NCBI GenBank assembly: GCA_963422265.1
Contig: OY729416.1
Location: 1,600,001-1,664,000 of the forward strand
Source: Thermodesulfobacteriota bacterium
Lineage (GTDB): Bacteria > Desulfobacterota_D > UBA1144 > Nemesobacterales > UBA2774
Length of the DNA: 64,000 bases
Direction of reading: 5' to 3'
Both the position numbers and the translations under genes were made by a program. The notes below the pieces were generated by a model. The model had not been told where the DNA came from, did not search any database, and saw only the letters and a program-made list of their open reading frames with translations. Shown piece after piece: positions 1 through 11,107 of the stretch; within the stretch, counting starts at the first letter, position 1, and each line of letters begins with the position of its first letter.

Positions 1-220
1 TATATTGTATCGCATCATCTGATTGATTAGAGTCACGTATATTATATGAGGATGAGAGCTGGCTGCTTACTCAGCCCACACTGGGAGAGCGGCTGGGCTA
101 TACTGCTTTCCTAGTGTGGCGTGCGCCGCCGGGGGAATGACTATAGGCGCACGCCATAAGCACGCCATAATGAGTGGATGGAGAACAGCACTACTGGCTA
201 ACTGATCGTATAATCCCAAT

Positions 221-613
221 TCATCCGTAACGCTCTTGGAAATCCGCCCCTTGGTCGATAGTTCTTTCTCTGAATGAGAGCTTTACGCGGGGGGCGTCGG
301 ACCAAAGACTTTCTAAGTCGTATAACCCTCTAAAGGTATTCTTAAAAACATGGGCGATGACGTCTCCTGAATCTACCAGAACCCAGTTTCCTTCGGAATA
401 TCCCTCAACGTCTATTTGTTTCTCTCCAAGCGATCTGAGCTTTTTCTCAATGTTATCGGCAATGGTCCTTACTCCTCTGTCAGAATCGGCGCTGCAGACA
501 AAAAAAAAGTCCGTTACGTCGCTTAAGGATCTAACCTCCATCAACACTGGGTCTTGCGCTCTCTTCTCCCAGGCGGCAACGGCAATAGACTCTGCCTTTT
601 CCTTGGCTTCTAT
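221..613 (-). CDS. rsfS: Ribosome silencing factor RsfS (Iojap family); probable ATA start at 613
   Basis: Motifs 'DFFFVCSADSDRGVRTIADNI' and 'WVLVDSGDVIAHVF...YDLESLW'. The frame stays open to an ATA at 613 that overlaps the nadD stop, with GGAGG upstream. Confidence 0.92.
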   Translation of the reverse strand: MEAKEKAESIAVAAWEKRAQDPVLMEVRSLSDVTDFFFVCSADSDRGVRTIADNIEKKLRSLGEKQIDVEGYSEGNWVLVDSGDVIAHVFKNTFRGLYDLESLWSDAPRVKLSFRERTIDQGADFQERYG

Positions 614-1287
614 TGAGGTGCCTCCTGTAGATATAAGTTCTTAGCCATTATATATTCCTCTATTTCCTTCGGGGTTAGGTTGCTAATGGAACCACCCAAT
701 CTGACTCGTTTTCTTATTTCAGTAGATGAAACCTCCACGCCCTGGATTTCTATAAGTGCTACAAGCTTGCACGCGCTGTTTTTATATAACGTCGCGTTCC
801 CAGTCTGTTTATAGTATAGAAATTTATCTTCTATCGCAAGTGGTAGGGAACGCGGGCTTAAATTTTCAAATCCGGGTCTTGTTATTACGGCGAAATTAGA
901 GATTTGAAACAGTTCCCTATAATTTTTCCAGCTTTCTATTGAGCTAAATAATTCATTTCCCAAAATGAAATAAAATTCGGCTTCAGGCTCAACTGATCTA
1001 AGATAAATTAGCGTGTCAATCGTATAGGAAATACCCTCTTTCCTAATTTCATAGTCAACTACGTCAAAAGAGGGGAATTCGCGAACGGCTAACTGTACCA
1101 TCTCGTATCTATCCTCTGGGGAAGTAACGTGAGCTATATTCTTATGAGGGGGACGTCCTGAGGGCACAAAAGACACCTTGTCGAGATTAAGAATCTCTCT
1201 TACCTCCTGGGCAGCGCGCAAATGACCCGTGTGTATTGGATCAAACGTGCCGCCAAAGAGACCGATTTTTTTTTGCTTTCCTAACAC
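610..1287 (-). CDS. nadD: Nicotinate-nucleotide adenylyltransferase
   Basis: GLFGGTFDPIHTGH, PPHK, SYTIDT and VSSTEIR motifs; canonical nadD-rsfS synteny. Confidence 0.97.
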   Translation of the reverse strand: MLGKQKKIGLFGGTFDPIHTGHLRAAQEVREILNLDKVSFVPSGRPPHKNIAHVTSPEDRYEMVQLAVREFPSFDVVDYEIRKEGISYTIDTLIYLRSVEPEAEFYFILGNELFSSIESWKNYRELFQISNFAVITRPGFENLSPRSLPLAIEDKFLYYKQTGNATLYKNSACKLVALIEIQGVEVSSTEIRKRVRLGGSISNLTPKEIEEYIMAKNLYLQEAPQ

Positions 1288-1338
1288 AACAATCTCGCGG
1301 CGGCTCTTTTATTCATACGAGAGAATAGTATCCCAGCA

Positions 1339-2451
1339 TTATATCTTTTTTACGTCTGCCTCTACCATAAATTCTTCCCCGATCCTTTTTATTTTTACGT
1401 TCTCCAAGCCAAGTGAATTTTTTACCGATTTAATTCCAAGCTCCCCTATCATGTTTATACCTTCTCTACCCAAAATCCTCGGGGCATAGAAAATTGTGAC
1501 CTTATTTACGATCTGTGATTTTAATGCTTGCGCAGCCACCTGGCTACCTCCCTCAATAAGCAAATTCATTATCCCAAGCTTGCCCAGAGACTTCATTAGC
1601 CCCCGTAAATTAATAAGCCCATCTTTATTTGTTCTCTCCGTGAGAATTTTAGCACCGCTTTTTTCGAGCTTTTCTTTCTTTCGCAGATCACGCGACTTCG
1701 TCGTCGCTATTATCGAACGCTCGTGAATCAGTATAAGATTTGACTCAGGAGGAATCCTGAGCTTGCTGTCCAATACCACAGGCACGGGATGCCTAGATAT
1801 GCCCTTCTTAAGCCTAACGTCAAGCCGTGGGTTATCGTTAAGCACTGTGTTTATTCCTACCATAACAGCATCAGAGCGCGCTCTCAGCTTGTGAGCGTAC
1901 CTTCTCTGAACTTCGCTTCCTATCCATTTTGAGTCCCCTGTATAAGAAGCGATCTTGCCGTCCATGGTGGCGGCGAGCTTTAGCGTGACAAATGGCGTGC
2001 CAGTAGATATGTATTTGAAAAAGGCTTCATTTACCTCTTTTGCCTTTTCCTCTAGCATTCCAACTTCAACCTTTATTCCCTTCTTCCTTAATACATCTAC
2101 TCCTCCACCATTCACCTTCGGATTTGGATCAAGAACCGCCACGTAAACCGCAGATATCCCATTCTCGGCTATTGCATTTACGCAAGGGGGCGTTTTCTTG
2201 TCTTCATGGCAGCATGGCTCAAGCGTAACAAAAAGTGAAGCACCTTCTAAGCTCTTCTTATTCTTTGTAGCATCGTTAAAAGCCTCAATCTCGGCATGTG
2301 GAAAGCCTGCCTTCTTATGATAACCCTTGCCTATAATCTCACCGCCCTTTACCACCACAGCTCCGACTAGAGGATTGGGACTAGTAAAGCCTTCCGCTTT
2401 CTTTGCGAGCCTCAAGGCGAGCGACATATATTTCGCGTGTTCAGTCGGCAT
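1339..2451 (-). CDS. ribD: Bifunctional riboflavin biosynthesis deaminase/reductase
   Basis: TSPNPLVGAV, HAE, TLEPCCH..TPPC, KLAATMDGKIA and IEGG motifs. Confidence 0.97.
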   Translation of the reverse strand: MPTEHAKYMSLALRLAKKAEGFTSPNPLVGAVVVKGGEIIGKGYHKKAGFPHAEIEAFNDATKNKKSLEGASLFVTLEPCCHEDKKTPPCVNAIAENGISAVYVAVLDPNPKVNGGGVDVLRKKGIKVEVGMLEEKAKEVNEAFFKYISTGTPFVTLKLAATMDGKIASYTGDSKWIGSEVQRRYAHKLRARSDAVMVGINTVLNDNPRLDVRLKKGISRHPVPVVLDSKLRIPPESNLILIHERSIIATTKSRDLRKKEKLEKSGAKILTERTNKDGLINLRGLMKSLGKLGIMNLLIEGGSQVAAQALKSQIVNKVTIFYAPRILGREGINMIGELGIKSVKNSLGLENVKIKRIGEEFMVEADVKKI

Positions 2452-2502
2452 TAAACTATAAAGATAACAAGGTGATATGCGAGATTATTCGTCAGGTTGT
2501 TA

Positions 2503-3828
2503 TCAGTGTATTGTTTCATCGCCTGAATAAAATAACGCCTCGACGAATTCCTCTGCGTTAAACTCTCTCAAATCGCTAAGACCCTCGCCTATACCTATGT
2601 ATTTAACGGGAATATTTAGTTCATCCGCTATGGCTATGATCACGCCTCCCTTTGCCGTGCCGTCGAGCTTAGTAAGAACAATTCCCGTTACACCAAGCAC
2701 TTCGTTAAAGAGTTTAGCTTGCTGAATTGCGTTTTGCCCAGTTGTGGCATCAAGCACAAGAAGTATCTCGTGAGGGGCACCTTCAAGCGCGCGTCCAACT
2801 ACTCTCTTCATTTTCTTAAGCTCTTCCATTAAATTCCCTTTCGTGTGCAGCCTTCCAGCAGTATCTATAATAAGGACATCTACATCAGATGTTGAAGCAG
2901 CGTGAGCCGCGTCATAAGCAACAGATGAAGGGTCTTGACCACTCTGCCCCCTTATAAATTCCGTTCCTACTCTTTTAGACCACACTTCAAGCTGCTCTGT
3001 CGCCGCTGCCCTGAAAGTATCCCCTGCAGCGACCATGACTGCGCCTTGCTCCTGTTTGAACTTATGAGCGAGTTTTCCAATAGTAGTAGTTTTTCCAACT
3101 CCGTTAACGCCTGCTATCATAACTACGAATGGACTAGTATCAACGCTTATTGGATTTCCCTGCCCCTGTATTAATATCTCTCTCACTTCTTCCTTAAGGG
3201 TGTCTGTTAAGACGGATGGGTTACTTAGAGACTTTTTCTCAAGCTTTTTCTCAATTCTTTCTCTCAACTTCATAGTAGTGCTAACACCGACGTCCGCCAT
3301 AATCAGGGTCTCCTCGAAATCCTCCCACAGACTCTCGTCAACCTCTCTTTTCGATACTATCTCACTTAATCTGCTAAAAAGCCCCTTGTTCGTCTTTGAA
3401 AGCCCTGAACGAAGCCTAGCCAACAGTCCCTCTTTGGTATCCGCAATCTCTTCTTTTACTCGTTCAGGCTCAAGCTCTTCTACGCGAACCTCTTGAATTT
3501 TTTGGATAGTCGTTTCTTCAGCGATCTCTATTTCGGAAGTTAACCCTTCCGCTTGCTCAACTTCTTCGCTAGGCGCAATCTCTTCCGTTTTCTTACTCGG
3601 GGTTTCCTCTGGCTCCCCCACATACTCTCTCGTGGGGATTTCTCGTGTTTTGGGTTCAGCAAAGTCATCACTTTCGGGTGCTTCTACTATTTCTTTGGGC
3701 TTTTCTTCAAAGAAAAATAATATTATTAAAGATAAGAGGACTATTAAGCCGAAAATTAGGATAACAACCAGAAGGTCGGAATAAGGGCTGGGAATACTGT
3801 TTAGTAAGGACAATAATATTGCTTCCAT
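2503..3828 (-). CDS. ftsY: SRP receptor FtsY with N-terminal TM segment and acidic region
   Basis: GVNGVGKTTTIGKLA, DTFRAAA, DTAGR and TKLDGTAKGG motifs. Confidence 0.97.
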   Translation of the reverse strand: MEAILLSLLNSIPSPYSDLLVVILIFGLIVLLSLIILFFFEEKPKEIVEAPESDDFAEPKTREIPTREYVGEPEETPSKKTEEIAPSEEVEQAEGLTSEIEIAEETTIQKIQEVRVEELEPERVKEEIADTKEGLLARLRSGLSKTNKGLFSRLSEIVSKREVDESLWEDFEETLIMADVGVSTTMKLRERIEKKLEKKSLSNPSVLTDTLKEEVREILIQGQGNPISVDTSPFVVMIAGVNGVGKTTTIGKLAHKFKQEQGAVMVAAGDTFRAAATEQLEVWSKRVGTEFIRGQSGQDPSSVAYDAAHAASTSDVDVLIIDTAGRLHTKGNLMEELKKMKRVVGRALEGAPHEILLVLDATTGQNAIQQAKLFNEVLGVTGIVLTKLDGTAKGGVIIAIADELNIPVKYIGIGEGLSDLREFNAEEFVEALFYSGDETIH

Positions 3829-4105
3829 TGCTCATAACACTCCTAATTGGTTATCTGCATCACGGTATATATTAAGTCTATAATGGGATAAGGGCAAATA
3901 CTCCGACCCATGATGCTCACCTAACTCCGTGATAGAATACTGTCCGTGGTCAGAAGTCGTTAGCTATTATCTGGTTATGCACCGTAATTATTGTGTGCTG
4001 TTGTAAGTAGGTTCTAGCGTCTTATTAAGCGCTATTGGATTATTATGAGTAAGAAGGCTACAGTTCTTATAACAAATCTTTTTCGCTAATGCTAAATACT
4101 TTGCT

Positions 4106-5044
4106 ATGACAATTTTCACATCAACTGCACGCAAATTGAAGGATTTAGATTGGACTTTCAAAGGAATAACCTCTAGGCAATCTATTCATAGCTTGCATAC
4201 TTATCCTGCGATGATGGCCTGCCCTCTGGCTCAAAAATTAATAAGATATTTTAGTAGAAATGGTGAAACCGTGTTAGACCCATTCTGTGGCTCTGGAGTA
4301 GTTACTAATGAGGCGATTATGCAGGATAGAAACGTTTATGGATATGATATTAATCCGTTAGCGTTGCTCATTTCGAGAGTAAAATCGAAGCCCATTAACA
4401 AGAAATTCCTTATGGAGGCGTATAGAGAAACTATAAAATCGTATCATGGTTTGAATGCTATAGAGACGCCGTCTTTCAAGAATGTGGATTATTGGTTTAA
4501 ACCGAACGTTATTGAAGGGTTAGCCAAATTAAAATTCGCTGTGAGGCAAATAAGTAATTCTGATATTAGGGATTTTTTTAACGTTGTTTTTAGTAGAGTG
4601 GTAAGAGAAACGAGCAATACAAAAAACTCAGAATTTAAATTGTTTAGGATTAAAAGCCATAAATTGGAGTATCATCATCCTGATGTTTTACTAGCATTTG
4701 AGAAAAGGTCTTTAGAGGCTATACATGTTATGGATAGATTTGAGCGTGAGTATGGCAATAATATGGGTAAATCCGATTTCATATTGCACGATGCGAGAAA
4801 CGAGTTTCCCTTGCGAGGTGAAAGCATCGACCTAATGTTAACCTCGCCCCCTTACGGTGATTCAAGAACTACGGTGGCCTACGGACAATTTTCTAGGCTT
4901 TCCCTGCAATGGATGGATTTGTGGGAGAAAAACCTCGATGTCGAGGCCCTTGGCGGGAAAAAGCGTTCGGTAAAAAAACTCACGCCCATACTGACTGAGA
5001 CTATTGAAAAAGTCTCCAGTATTGATAGCAAGAATACTATTTAA
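4106..5044 (+). pseudogene. C-terminally truncated amino-methyltransferase (N4-cytosine, M.MvaI-like alpha arrangement)
   Basis: HTYPAMM, DPFCGSG (motif I) and TSPPYGD (motif IV). The ORF ends about 60 aa after SPPY, so later motifs appear missing. Convergent with an MvaI/BcnI-like REase. Confidence 0.7.
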
Positions 5045-5112
5045 GGTAAGACTTTGTAACTATGTTGGCGTTAAGTAGCATTGGGCAAAGGCGTTTAATA
5101 CTTGGTTCAATC

Positions 5113-5801
5113 TTATACTTCTATAATTTCTTCAAATAAATATTCTAGCTTGTTTTCATATACTCTGAAACCAGTTCCGTGATTATGTGCCCCCCCCTAG
5201 TCCCCGCGTCGTGCAACCTCAAATCAATTAGTATGTTTCCTTCATCTATCTGTTCTCTTATAATATGCGAATTCGTTCCCCTCATCAATCTAGCTCTATT
5301 GAACTTAAAATACTCCACGCCTCCTCTCATCTCAGAATGCGCATGGACGAGCATTAAAGCAGGTATCTTTTTGTTTAGTTGTTTGGAAAGGTCATCAAAA
5401 TTCCATTGCACAATAATATCTCCTTCAACATGGCGAACTGAAACAGTGTCCTGCTCTATATCAATAAACAATTTAGAACTATTGGGAATCTTCGACATAG
5501 TGAAGTATCAACCGAGTCGGTTATTGCCGTTAGGGGTTCCGTATTTAGATATAGCCTGTAGAGGAGGCATCTTCCAAGCTTTTCTATTAAAAGTGAAAAG
5601 GGTTATCATAGAGTTCACGTTGGACCGGTGCGCTTTTAATTCAATGCCTTCCAAATCAGGCAAATCTATGTTGTTTTCATCGATGTTGAGAAGGCACTCG
5701 AGCGTATAACCTACGCCAGTTGGCCCGCGTCTCAAGGTTTTCACATAACCCAAATTTCTAATATTACTAAAAGCAATCTTAAATTCATCAAGCGTCATCA
5801 T
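5113..5801 (-). pseudogene. MvaI/BcnI-family restriction endonuclease, disrupted
   Basis: 'GPTGVGYTLECLLNIDENN...PDLEGIELK'. In-frame TGA at 5508-5510. Frameshift at G8 (5190-5197) before the 'HNHGTGFRV' C-terminus, which ends at TAA 5113. Confidence 0.85.
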
Positions 5802-5820
5802 AATGTTCTGATATTAAATT

Positions 5821-6433
5821 TCAGGAGTCAATTCCAATTAATATAAGTGGAACTCCCGGCACGCCTCTACCCTGCCGAACTACGTTATAGAGTTCTCCTT
5901 CGTAGTATGCTACACCTGAGCTCATCTGTTGTTGAAGGGATTTCATAGGAAGAACTTCTATACCGAGATCAATGTGGTCCCCTACATAAAAAGCTAGATG
6001 TTTAACAAATAAATCATAAGCGACGAATGAATACTTTCCAAATTGCACTTCTATCGCAACGCGATCCTTAACGAAATCCGTTTGATTATAGCTAGATATT
6101 GGAATGTCTCCAGCCTCCTCTATTTCTCTTCTCTGTTTATCAGGACTCATTGTCAATGTCTTTCTTATAAGTTTCTCGCTCTTCGTAACCCAGTATTTAA
6201 CCCTGCTTTCTTGCCATTGCCTTCCTTTAAGAAGTTTCTTAAAACTCTGGTTCATGTCACCCGGACTATATAAAAGCTTACCCTTCTTACTTCTCTCTTT
6301 TGAAATTTTTGTTTTGCAAGTTTCTGCATCAACAAGTTCAATTACCTGTTGTATTTCATTCCATAAATGTGGCTTGTGTACAGTTTAAGAACTCAATACC
6401 GTTCAAGTGTGAGTAAGTTTCTACAATGTTCAT
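5821..6433 (-). pseudogene. BstYI-like (BglII/BstYI family) restriction endonuclease, frameshifted near codon 17
   Basis: The N-terminus MNIVETYSHLNGIEFL and the core 'NQTDFVKDRVAIEVQFGKYSFVAYDLFVKH...YYEGELYNVVRQGRGVP' match BstYI as I recall it; one extra base near 6385. Confidence 0.88.
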
Positions 6434-7421
6434 TTAGGTTCGGGCTTTCTTTGATCCTTTAATAGCTCGGCCTGAGTTGTCATAACTTGCTGTTCCCAGG
6501 GCGATATAGACAAGTTGTTGCCCATCTTAACAGGATCATAAATCTGGCGATTCATCGGTCTTGTTCTTAAGGTTCCTTCAATTTCTTTCCGTATCCTATC
6601 GTTTGATATTCTTATATATTCTTCTACCACCTCAGATCCAACCCCCCCCTCCCGTGTCTTATCGCTGCCACTATTGAAGTCCCAACGCCTAGAAAAGGAT
6701 CAAGAACCCAGTCATTCTTATTGGTCAATGATAGAACTAAACGTTCTATTAATTCGACCGGATACTGACATGGATGCACGGTTTTCTCTACGTGATTACT
6801 CTTGACGTTAGGGATATCCCACACGTCGCTCGGATTTTTACCGAGAGGATTGCCGGAATATTGACCTTTTTTTGGGCCTTTGAAATACTTCTTGCCGGGA
6901 TATTTTTGAGAAACTCGCACAGGATCAAGATTAAATACGTAATTGTTACTCTTAGTAAACCAATTGATCGTTTCATACCGTCCAGAGAATCTTTTCCTGC
7001 AATGAAGCCCGTGTTCGAACCGCCACATAATCCTGTTACGCATCTTTAATCCAAGCTCTATAAAAATGGGATAAAGTATGGCGTCAAGAGGCGCTATAGT
7101 TCCCTTTTCTACGTAGTTGCCAACCTGCCAGCAAATACTGCCTTCTCTTTTTAATACGCGAGCACATTCTTTAATCACCCTAGCTTGTTGTTCTACATAT
7201 TGACTGAGTTTAAGCTTCTTCTCATATCGCTTGCCTATGTTGTATGGGGGTGAGGTAACGACAAGCTGAATGGACTCGTCGGGAATCTCTGTCAACAGGT
7301 CTAAGCAATCTCCTTTGAATACTAGGTAATTTGAATCTGTCCCCTGCTGATTAGCGCCGTTTAAGTTAATGCCGCTCAAAGTAAAGTGCCTCCCCTCCCC
7401 GTTTGAAACACGCGGAGACAC
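6430..7421 (-). pseudogene. Cognate beta-class N4-cytosine methyltransferase (M.BstYI-like), frameshifted at G8 tract
   Basis: VTSPPYN, HPCQYP and DPFLGVGT motifs. A frame change at C8 6642-6649 joins it to ORF 6430-6630; its stop overlaps the REase ATG (ATGA). Start codon uncertain. Confidence 0.85.
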
Positions 7422-7644
7422 GGCTTAAACACGAATTATTGCTAAATAATATAACACATCGCTGCTGAGAAGCGCTGCGATCACCGCCTCTAAATTCAGT
7501 TTGAGGGATAATTGATCAGGGCTAACAATTAATTGCACAACCTATAAGCTGATAATTGGGATGGGGGGCTTTATCCTACTGACAACAAACAACTTTCTTT
7601 AATCATTTGCTAAGCTTAACCTCATTTAGATATAATAAGCTCGC

Positions 7645-10600
7645 ATGTCTGAAGGTTTTGTCCACCTACACTTACACTCGCAATACTCACTGCTTGACGG
7701 CGCCATAAAGTTTGAAGAGCTTTTTCTTCAGTCCAAGGAATTTGACATGGAAGCCGTTGCGCTTACCGATCATGGAAATTTGTTTGGGGCTTATGATTTT
7801 TACAAAAAGGCTAAGGAAGCCGGGGTGAAGCCTATTATAGGATGCGAGATTTACGTAACTCCCAAAATAAACCCTGATAAACCCTCAGAGGGAAAAACTT
7901 ACCACCTAACGGTTCTATCGATGAACTATGAAGGCTATCAAAACCTTTCAAGGCTTGTAACAAAGGGCTATTTAGAGGGTTTTTATAGAAAGCCTAGGGT
8001 AGATCACGACTTATTGGATAAACACAGCAATGGGCTTATTGCCCTAAGTGGTTGCCTAAACAGTGAGTTGTCTCAAACGATTTTTACCAAGAACGTGAAA
8101 GCCGCCTTGGGAGTCGCCGCACAGTATAGAGAAATATTCGGCGATAGATACTACCTAGAGGTTCAGGCTACGGGACTACCAGAACAAGCGAGAGTTAATA
8201 AAGACGTAAGAAAGATAAGCGATAAGCTCAGAATTCCAATCGTAGCGACCAACGATTGCCACTTTCTAAGAAAGAGAGATTCAAAACCCCACGATGCGCT
8301 ACTGTGCATACAGACAGGCTCTTCGCTTGGAGATTCTAATAGGTTTAGGTTTCAGGGAGATCAGTATTACCTCAAAAGCGAAGAAGAAATGCTCAACGAC
8401 TTAAAGGGTTTCGAAGAAGCAGTTCATAGAACCGTGGAGATAGCGAAGAGATGCGATATTGAGTTTAAGAATGAAGGTTACAAGTTCCCCGAGTTCGAAG
8501 TAGAAGGAGAACAATCGCTCGACGATTATATGGCTGATCTAGCTACTAAAAAACTAAAAGAAAAAATGCGTGAGAGCAACGTTTCAGAGGGCAAGACCAG
8601 CGAGTATGAAGACAGACTCGGCGCCGAGCTCGAGATTATTCAAGAGATGGGCTTCTCAGGTTATTTTCTCGTAGTAGCCGATTTTATTGGCTATGCAAAA
8701 TCAGTTGGGATACCAGTTGGACCAGGTAGGGGCAGCGCTGCGGGTAGTCTGGTTGCGTATGCGCTAGGCATCACGGAAGTCGATCCCATTTCCTATAATT
8801 TAATATTCGAAAGGTTTCTAAACCCAGAGCGAATCAGTATGCCTGACATAGATATAGACTTCTGCGCTGAGGGAAGGGATGAGGTAATAAAATACGTTAC
8901 TGAAAAATACGGCTCTGATAAAGTCGCTCAGATCGGAACTTTTGGGACAATGTCCGCAAAGGCGGTTATCAAAGACGTAGGCAGGGTTATGGGAATTCCC
9001 TATGCCGACGTAGATAAGGTAACAAAATTGATCCCCTCATTCAGGGGTAGGGTATTTAGCATTGAAAAGGCGATTTCGAGCGTTCCAGAGCTAAAAGCGT
9101 TAATTGATAATTCCCCCAATCTCAAGGAAATGATAGAGCTTGCGCGTCCCCTTGAAAATATGGTCAGACACTCCTCCACTCATGCAGCTGGCATTGTTAT
9201 AGCCAACGAGCCTCTGGTCGATCACATACCGCTGTATAGAGGTTCAAACAATGAGGTGGTAAGCCAGTATGATATGAATTCCATTGAAGACCTTGGGTTC
9301 GTAAAGTTTGACTTTCTCGGCTTAAAGACTCTCACCGTAATAGACAAGGCAATTAAACTGATACGTGCAATTCATGGATCGGAAAAGAGCAAGAATATGA
9401 GCGTTGATAATATCCCGCTCGATGATCCTAAGGTTTACGAGCTATTGGCTGCGGGAAATACGAGGGGGATTTTTCAGATCGAGTCCTCTGGGATGAAAGA
9501 AGTACTCGCTAGACTTAAGCCTACCGATTTTGGGGACATTATTGCCGTTCTTGCCCTTTACCGCCCCGGACCGCTGGACAGCGGAATGGTAGATGACTTC
9601 ATTAAACGCAAGCATGGAAAACAGGAAATAAAGTATCCGCTTCCTGATCTAAAGGACATACTAGAAGACACCTACGGACTATTTGTGTATCAAGAGCAGA
9701 TAATGAAAACTGCAAGCGTCGTTGCGGATTACAGTCTCGGAGAAGCGGATCTGTTAAGACGTGCTATGGGTAAAAAGAAGCCCGCTGAAATGAGAGCTCA
9801 GAGGCAAAGATTTCTTCGAGGGGCTAAGGCAAAAGGGATCAAGGATAAAAAGGCTAAAGAAATTTTCGACGCCATGGAAAAGTTTGCGGAGTACTCGTTT
9901 AATAAAAGTCACAGCACGGCTTATGCCTTAATTACGTATCAGACTGCTTATCTCAAGGCGCATTATCCGGCTGAGTTTATGGCTGCTTTGATGACAGTTG
10001 AATCAAACAATAAAGATAAAGTTATTTCCAGCATTACTGAATGTAAGCAAATGGGTATAGACGTGCTCGCCCCAGACGTTAATGAGAGCATGGACGGCTT
10101 CACGGCGTCTGGTGGAAAAATAAGGTTCGGACTCTCAGGAGTAAAAAACGTAGGCGATAGTACCGTTGAGGCTATAATTCAAGCCAGAGGGCAGCAAGAA
10201 CGCTTTGATTCTATATTTAGTTTCTGTGAAATGGTTGAAGCACGTAAACTAAACAGGAGAACCTTTGAGAGCTTAGTCAAGAGCGGCGCCTTTGATTCGC
10301 TCGGTATTAATAGAGCAAGTCTCTTTGAGTCAGTAGAGTCCCTTCTTAGTTATACTTCTATGAAGCAAAAAAGCTCAGCGGAGGGGCAGCATTCTCTCTT
10401 CTCTCTAAGCAATTCGTTCTATTTGCCCACGATTGTGGAAACCAAAGAGTGGAGCGAGAAAGAGCTTCTTACGAACGAAATGGAAGTGCTCGGCTTTTAC
10501 GTTACTACACACCCGATGGCTAAATATTCTTCTGAATTAAATAAGATGACTTCCATTGTAGATACCGAAGCAATTTTAGATATTAAGGAAAAAAGAGACG

Positions 10601-11085
10601 TGATCATTGCTGGAGTCGTGCGTTCACTGACTAGAAAGCACGCGAAAAGTGGTTCAGGCATATATGGAAACATGGTATTAGAGGATATGAAAGGTTCTTT
10701 AGAAGTGATAGTATTTAACGATTTGCTTGTCAAGTCGGGTGAGCTTTTAGAAGATAAATTCGAACCCGTGATTGTGAAAGGGACGCTTGAACCAAGCGAG
10801 GACAGAGCGAGATTAAGGGCTAATGAAATACTATCCTTGAGGGAGCTTAGAAAAGGATCAACTGTGCATATTGTTTTGGATGAAGAACACTCGAAGAGAG
10901 AGAATTATGAGGAGCTAAAAAACATCTTGCTCAATTATCCAGGGGAATCAATAGTCCATATCCACATTGGCACGCAAGATGGCAACGTGGTAGTCGAAGC
11001 GGGCGACGCACGCGTAGATGCGCAAGATAATTTTATTCGTGACGTTGAAAAACTATTAGGTAAAAACTCGCTTAGAGTCCTTTGA
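7645..11085 (+). CDS. dnaE: DNA polymerase III alpha subunit
   Basis: PHP domain HLHLHSQYSLLDG, GRGSAAGS, PDIDIDF and FNKSHS motifs; C-terminal OB fold; no intein. Confidence 0.98.
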   Translation: MSEGFVHLHLHSQYSLLDGAIKFEELFLQSKEFDMEAVALTDHGNLFGAYDFYKKAKEAGVKPIIGCEIYVTPKINPDKPSEGKTYHLTVLSMNYEGYQNLSRLVTKGYLEGFYRKPRVDHDLLDKHSNGLIALSGCLNSELSQTIFTKNVKAALGVAAQYREIFGDRYYLEVQATGLPEQARVNKDVRKISDKLRIPIVATNDCHFLRKRDSKPHDALLCIQTGSSLGDSNRFRFQGDQYYLKSEEEMLNDLKGFEEAVHRTVEIAKRCDIEFKNEGYKFPEFEVEGEQSLDDYMADLATKKLKEKMRESNVSEGKTSEYEDRLGAELEIIQEMGFSGYFLVVADFIGYAKSVGIPVGPGRGSAAGSLVAYALGITEVDPISYNLIFERFLNPERISMPDIDIDFCAEGRDEVIKYVTEKYGSDKVAQIGTFGTMSAKAVIKDVGRVMGIPYADVDKVTKLIPSFRGRVFSIEKAISSVPELKALIDNSPNLKEMIELARPLENMVRHSSTHAAGIVIANEPLVDHIPLYRGSNNEVVSQYDMNSIEDLGFVKFDFLGLKTLTVIDKAIKLIRAIHGSEKSKNMSVDNIPLDDPKVYELLAAGNTRGIFQIESSGMKEVLARLKPTDFGDIIAVLALYRPGPLDSGMVDDFIKRKHGKQEIKYPLPDLKDILEDTYGLFVYQEQIMKTASVVADYSLGEADLLRRAMGKKKPAEMRAQRQRFLRGAKAKGIKDKKAKEIFDAMEKFAEYSFNKSHSTAYALITYQTAYLKAHYPAEFMAALMTVESNNKDKVISSITECKQMGIDVLAPDVNESMDGFTASGGKIRFGLSGVKNVGDSTVEAIIQARGQQERFDSIFSFCEMVEARKLNRRTFESLVKSGAFDSLGINRASLFESVESLLSYTSMKQKSSAEGQHSLFSLSNSFYLPTIVETKEWSEKELLTNEMEVLGFYVTTHPMAKYSSELNKMTSIVDTEAILDIKEKRDVIIAGVVRSLTRKHAKSGSGIYGNMVLEDMKGSLEVIVFNDLLVKSGELLEDKFEPVIVKGTLEPSEDRARLRANEILSLRELRKGSTVHIVLDEEHSKRENYEELKNILLNYPGESIVHIHIGTQDGNVVVEAGDARVDAQDNFIRDVEKLLGKNSLRVL

Positions 11086-11107
11086 TGCTTACGCGGGCTA
11101 ATCCCTT

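Noticed and set aside
60-170. GC-rich hairpin (tggcgtgcgcc...ggcgcacgcca) and 11-bp duplication as an ncRNA
   Set aside because: No recognisable RNA family and it is near the window edge; it may simply be a terminator-like or degenerate repeat structure.
3919-3981. Possible attC-like site (ACCTAAC...GTTATGC) upstream of the first MTase
   Set aside because: Inner-box pairing and spacing are poor, it is a single instance, and there is no integrase; it would need IntegronFinder to support it.
5508-5510. TGA recoding (Sec/Trp/Gly) in the MvaI-like REase
   Set aside because: TGA is a normal stop in many genes here (dnaE, gltX, ftsY). The context GLYF suggests a TTA-to-TGA nonsense change, and the gene has a second lesion.
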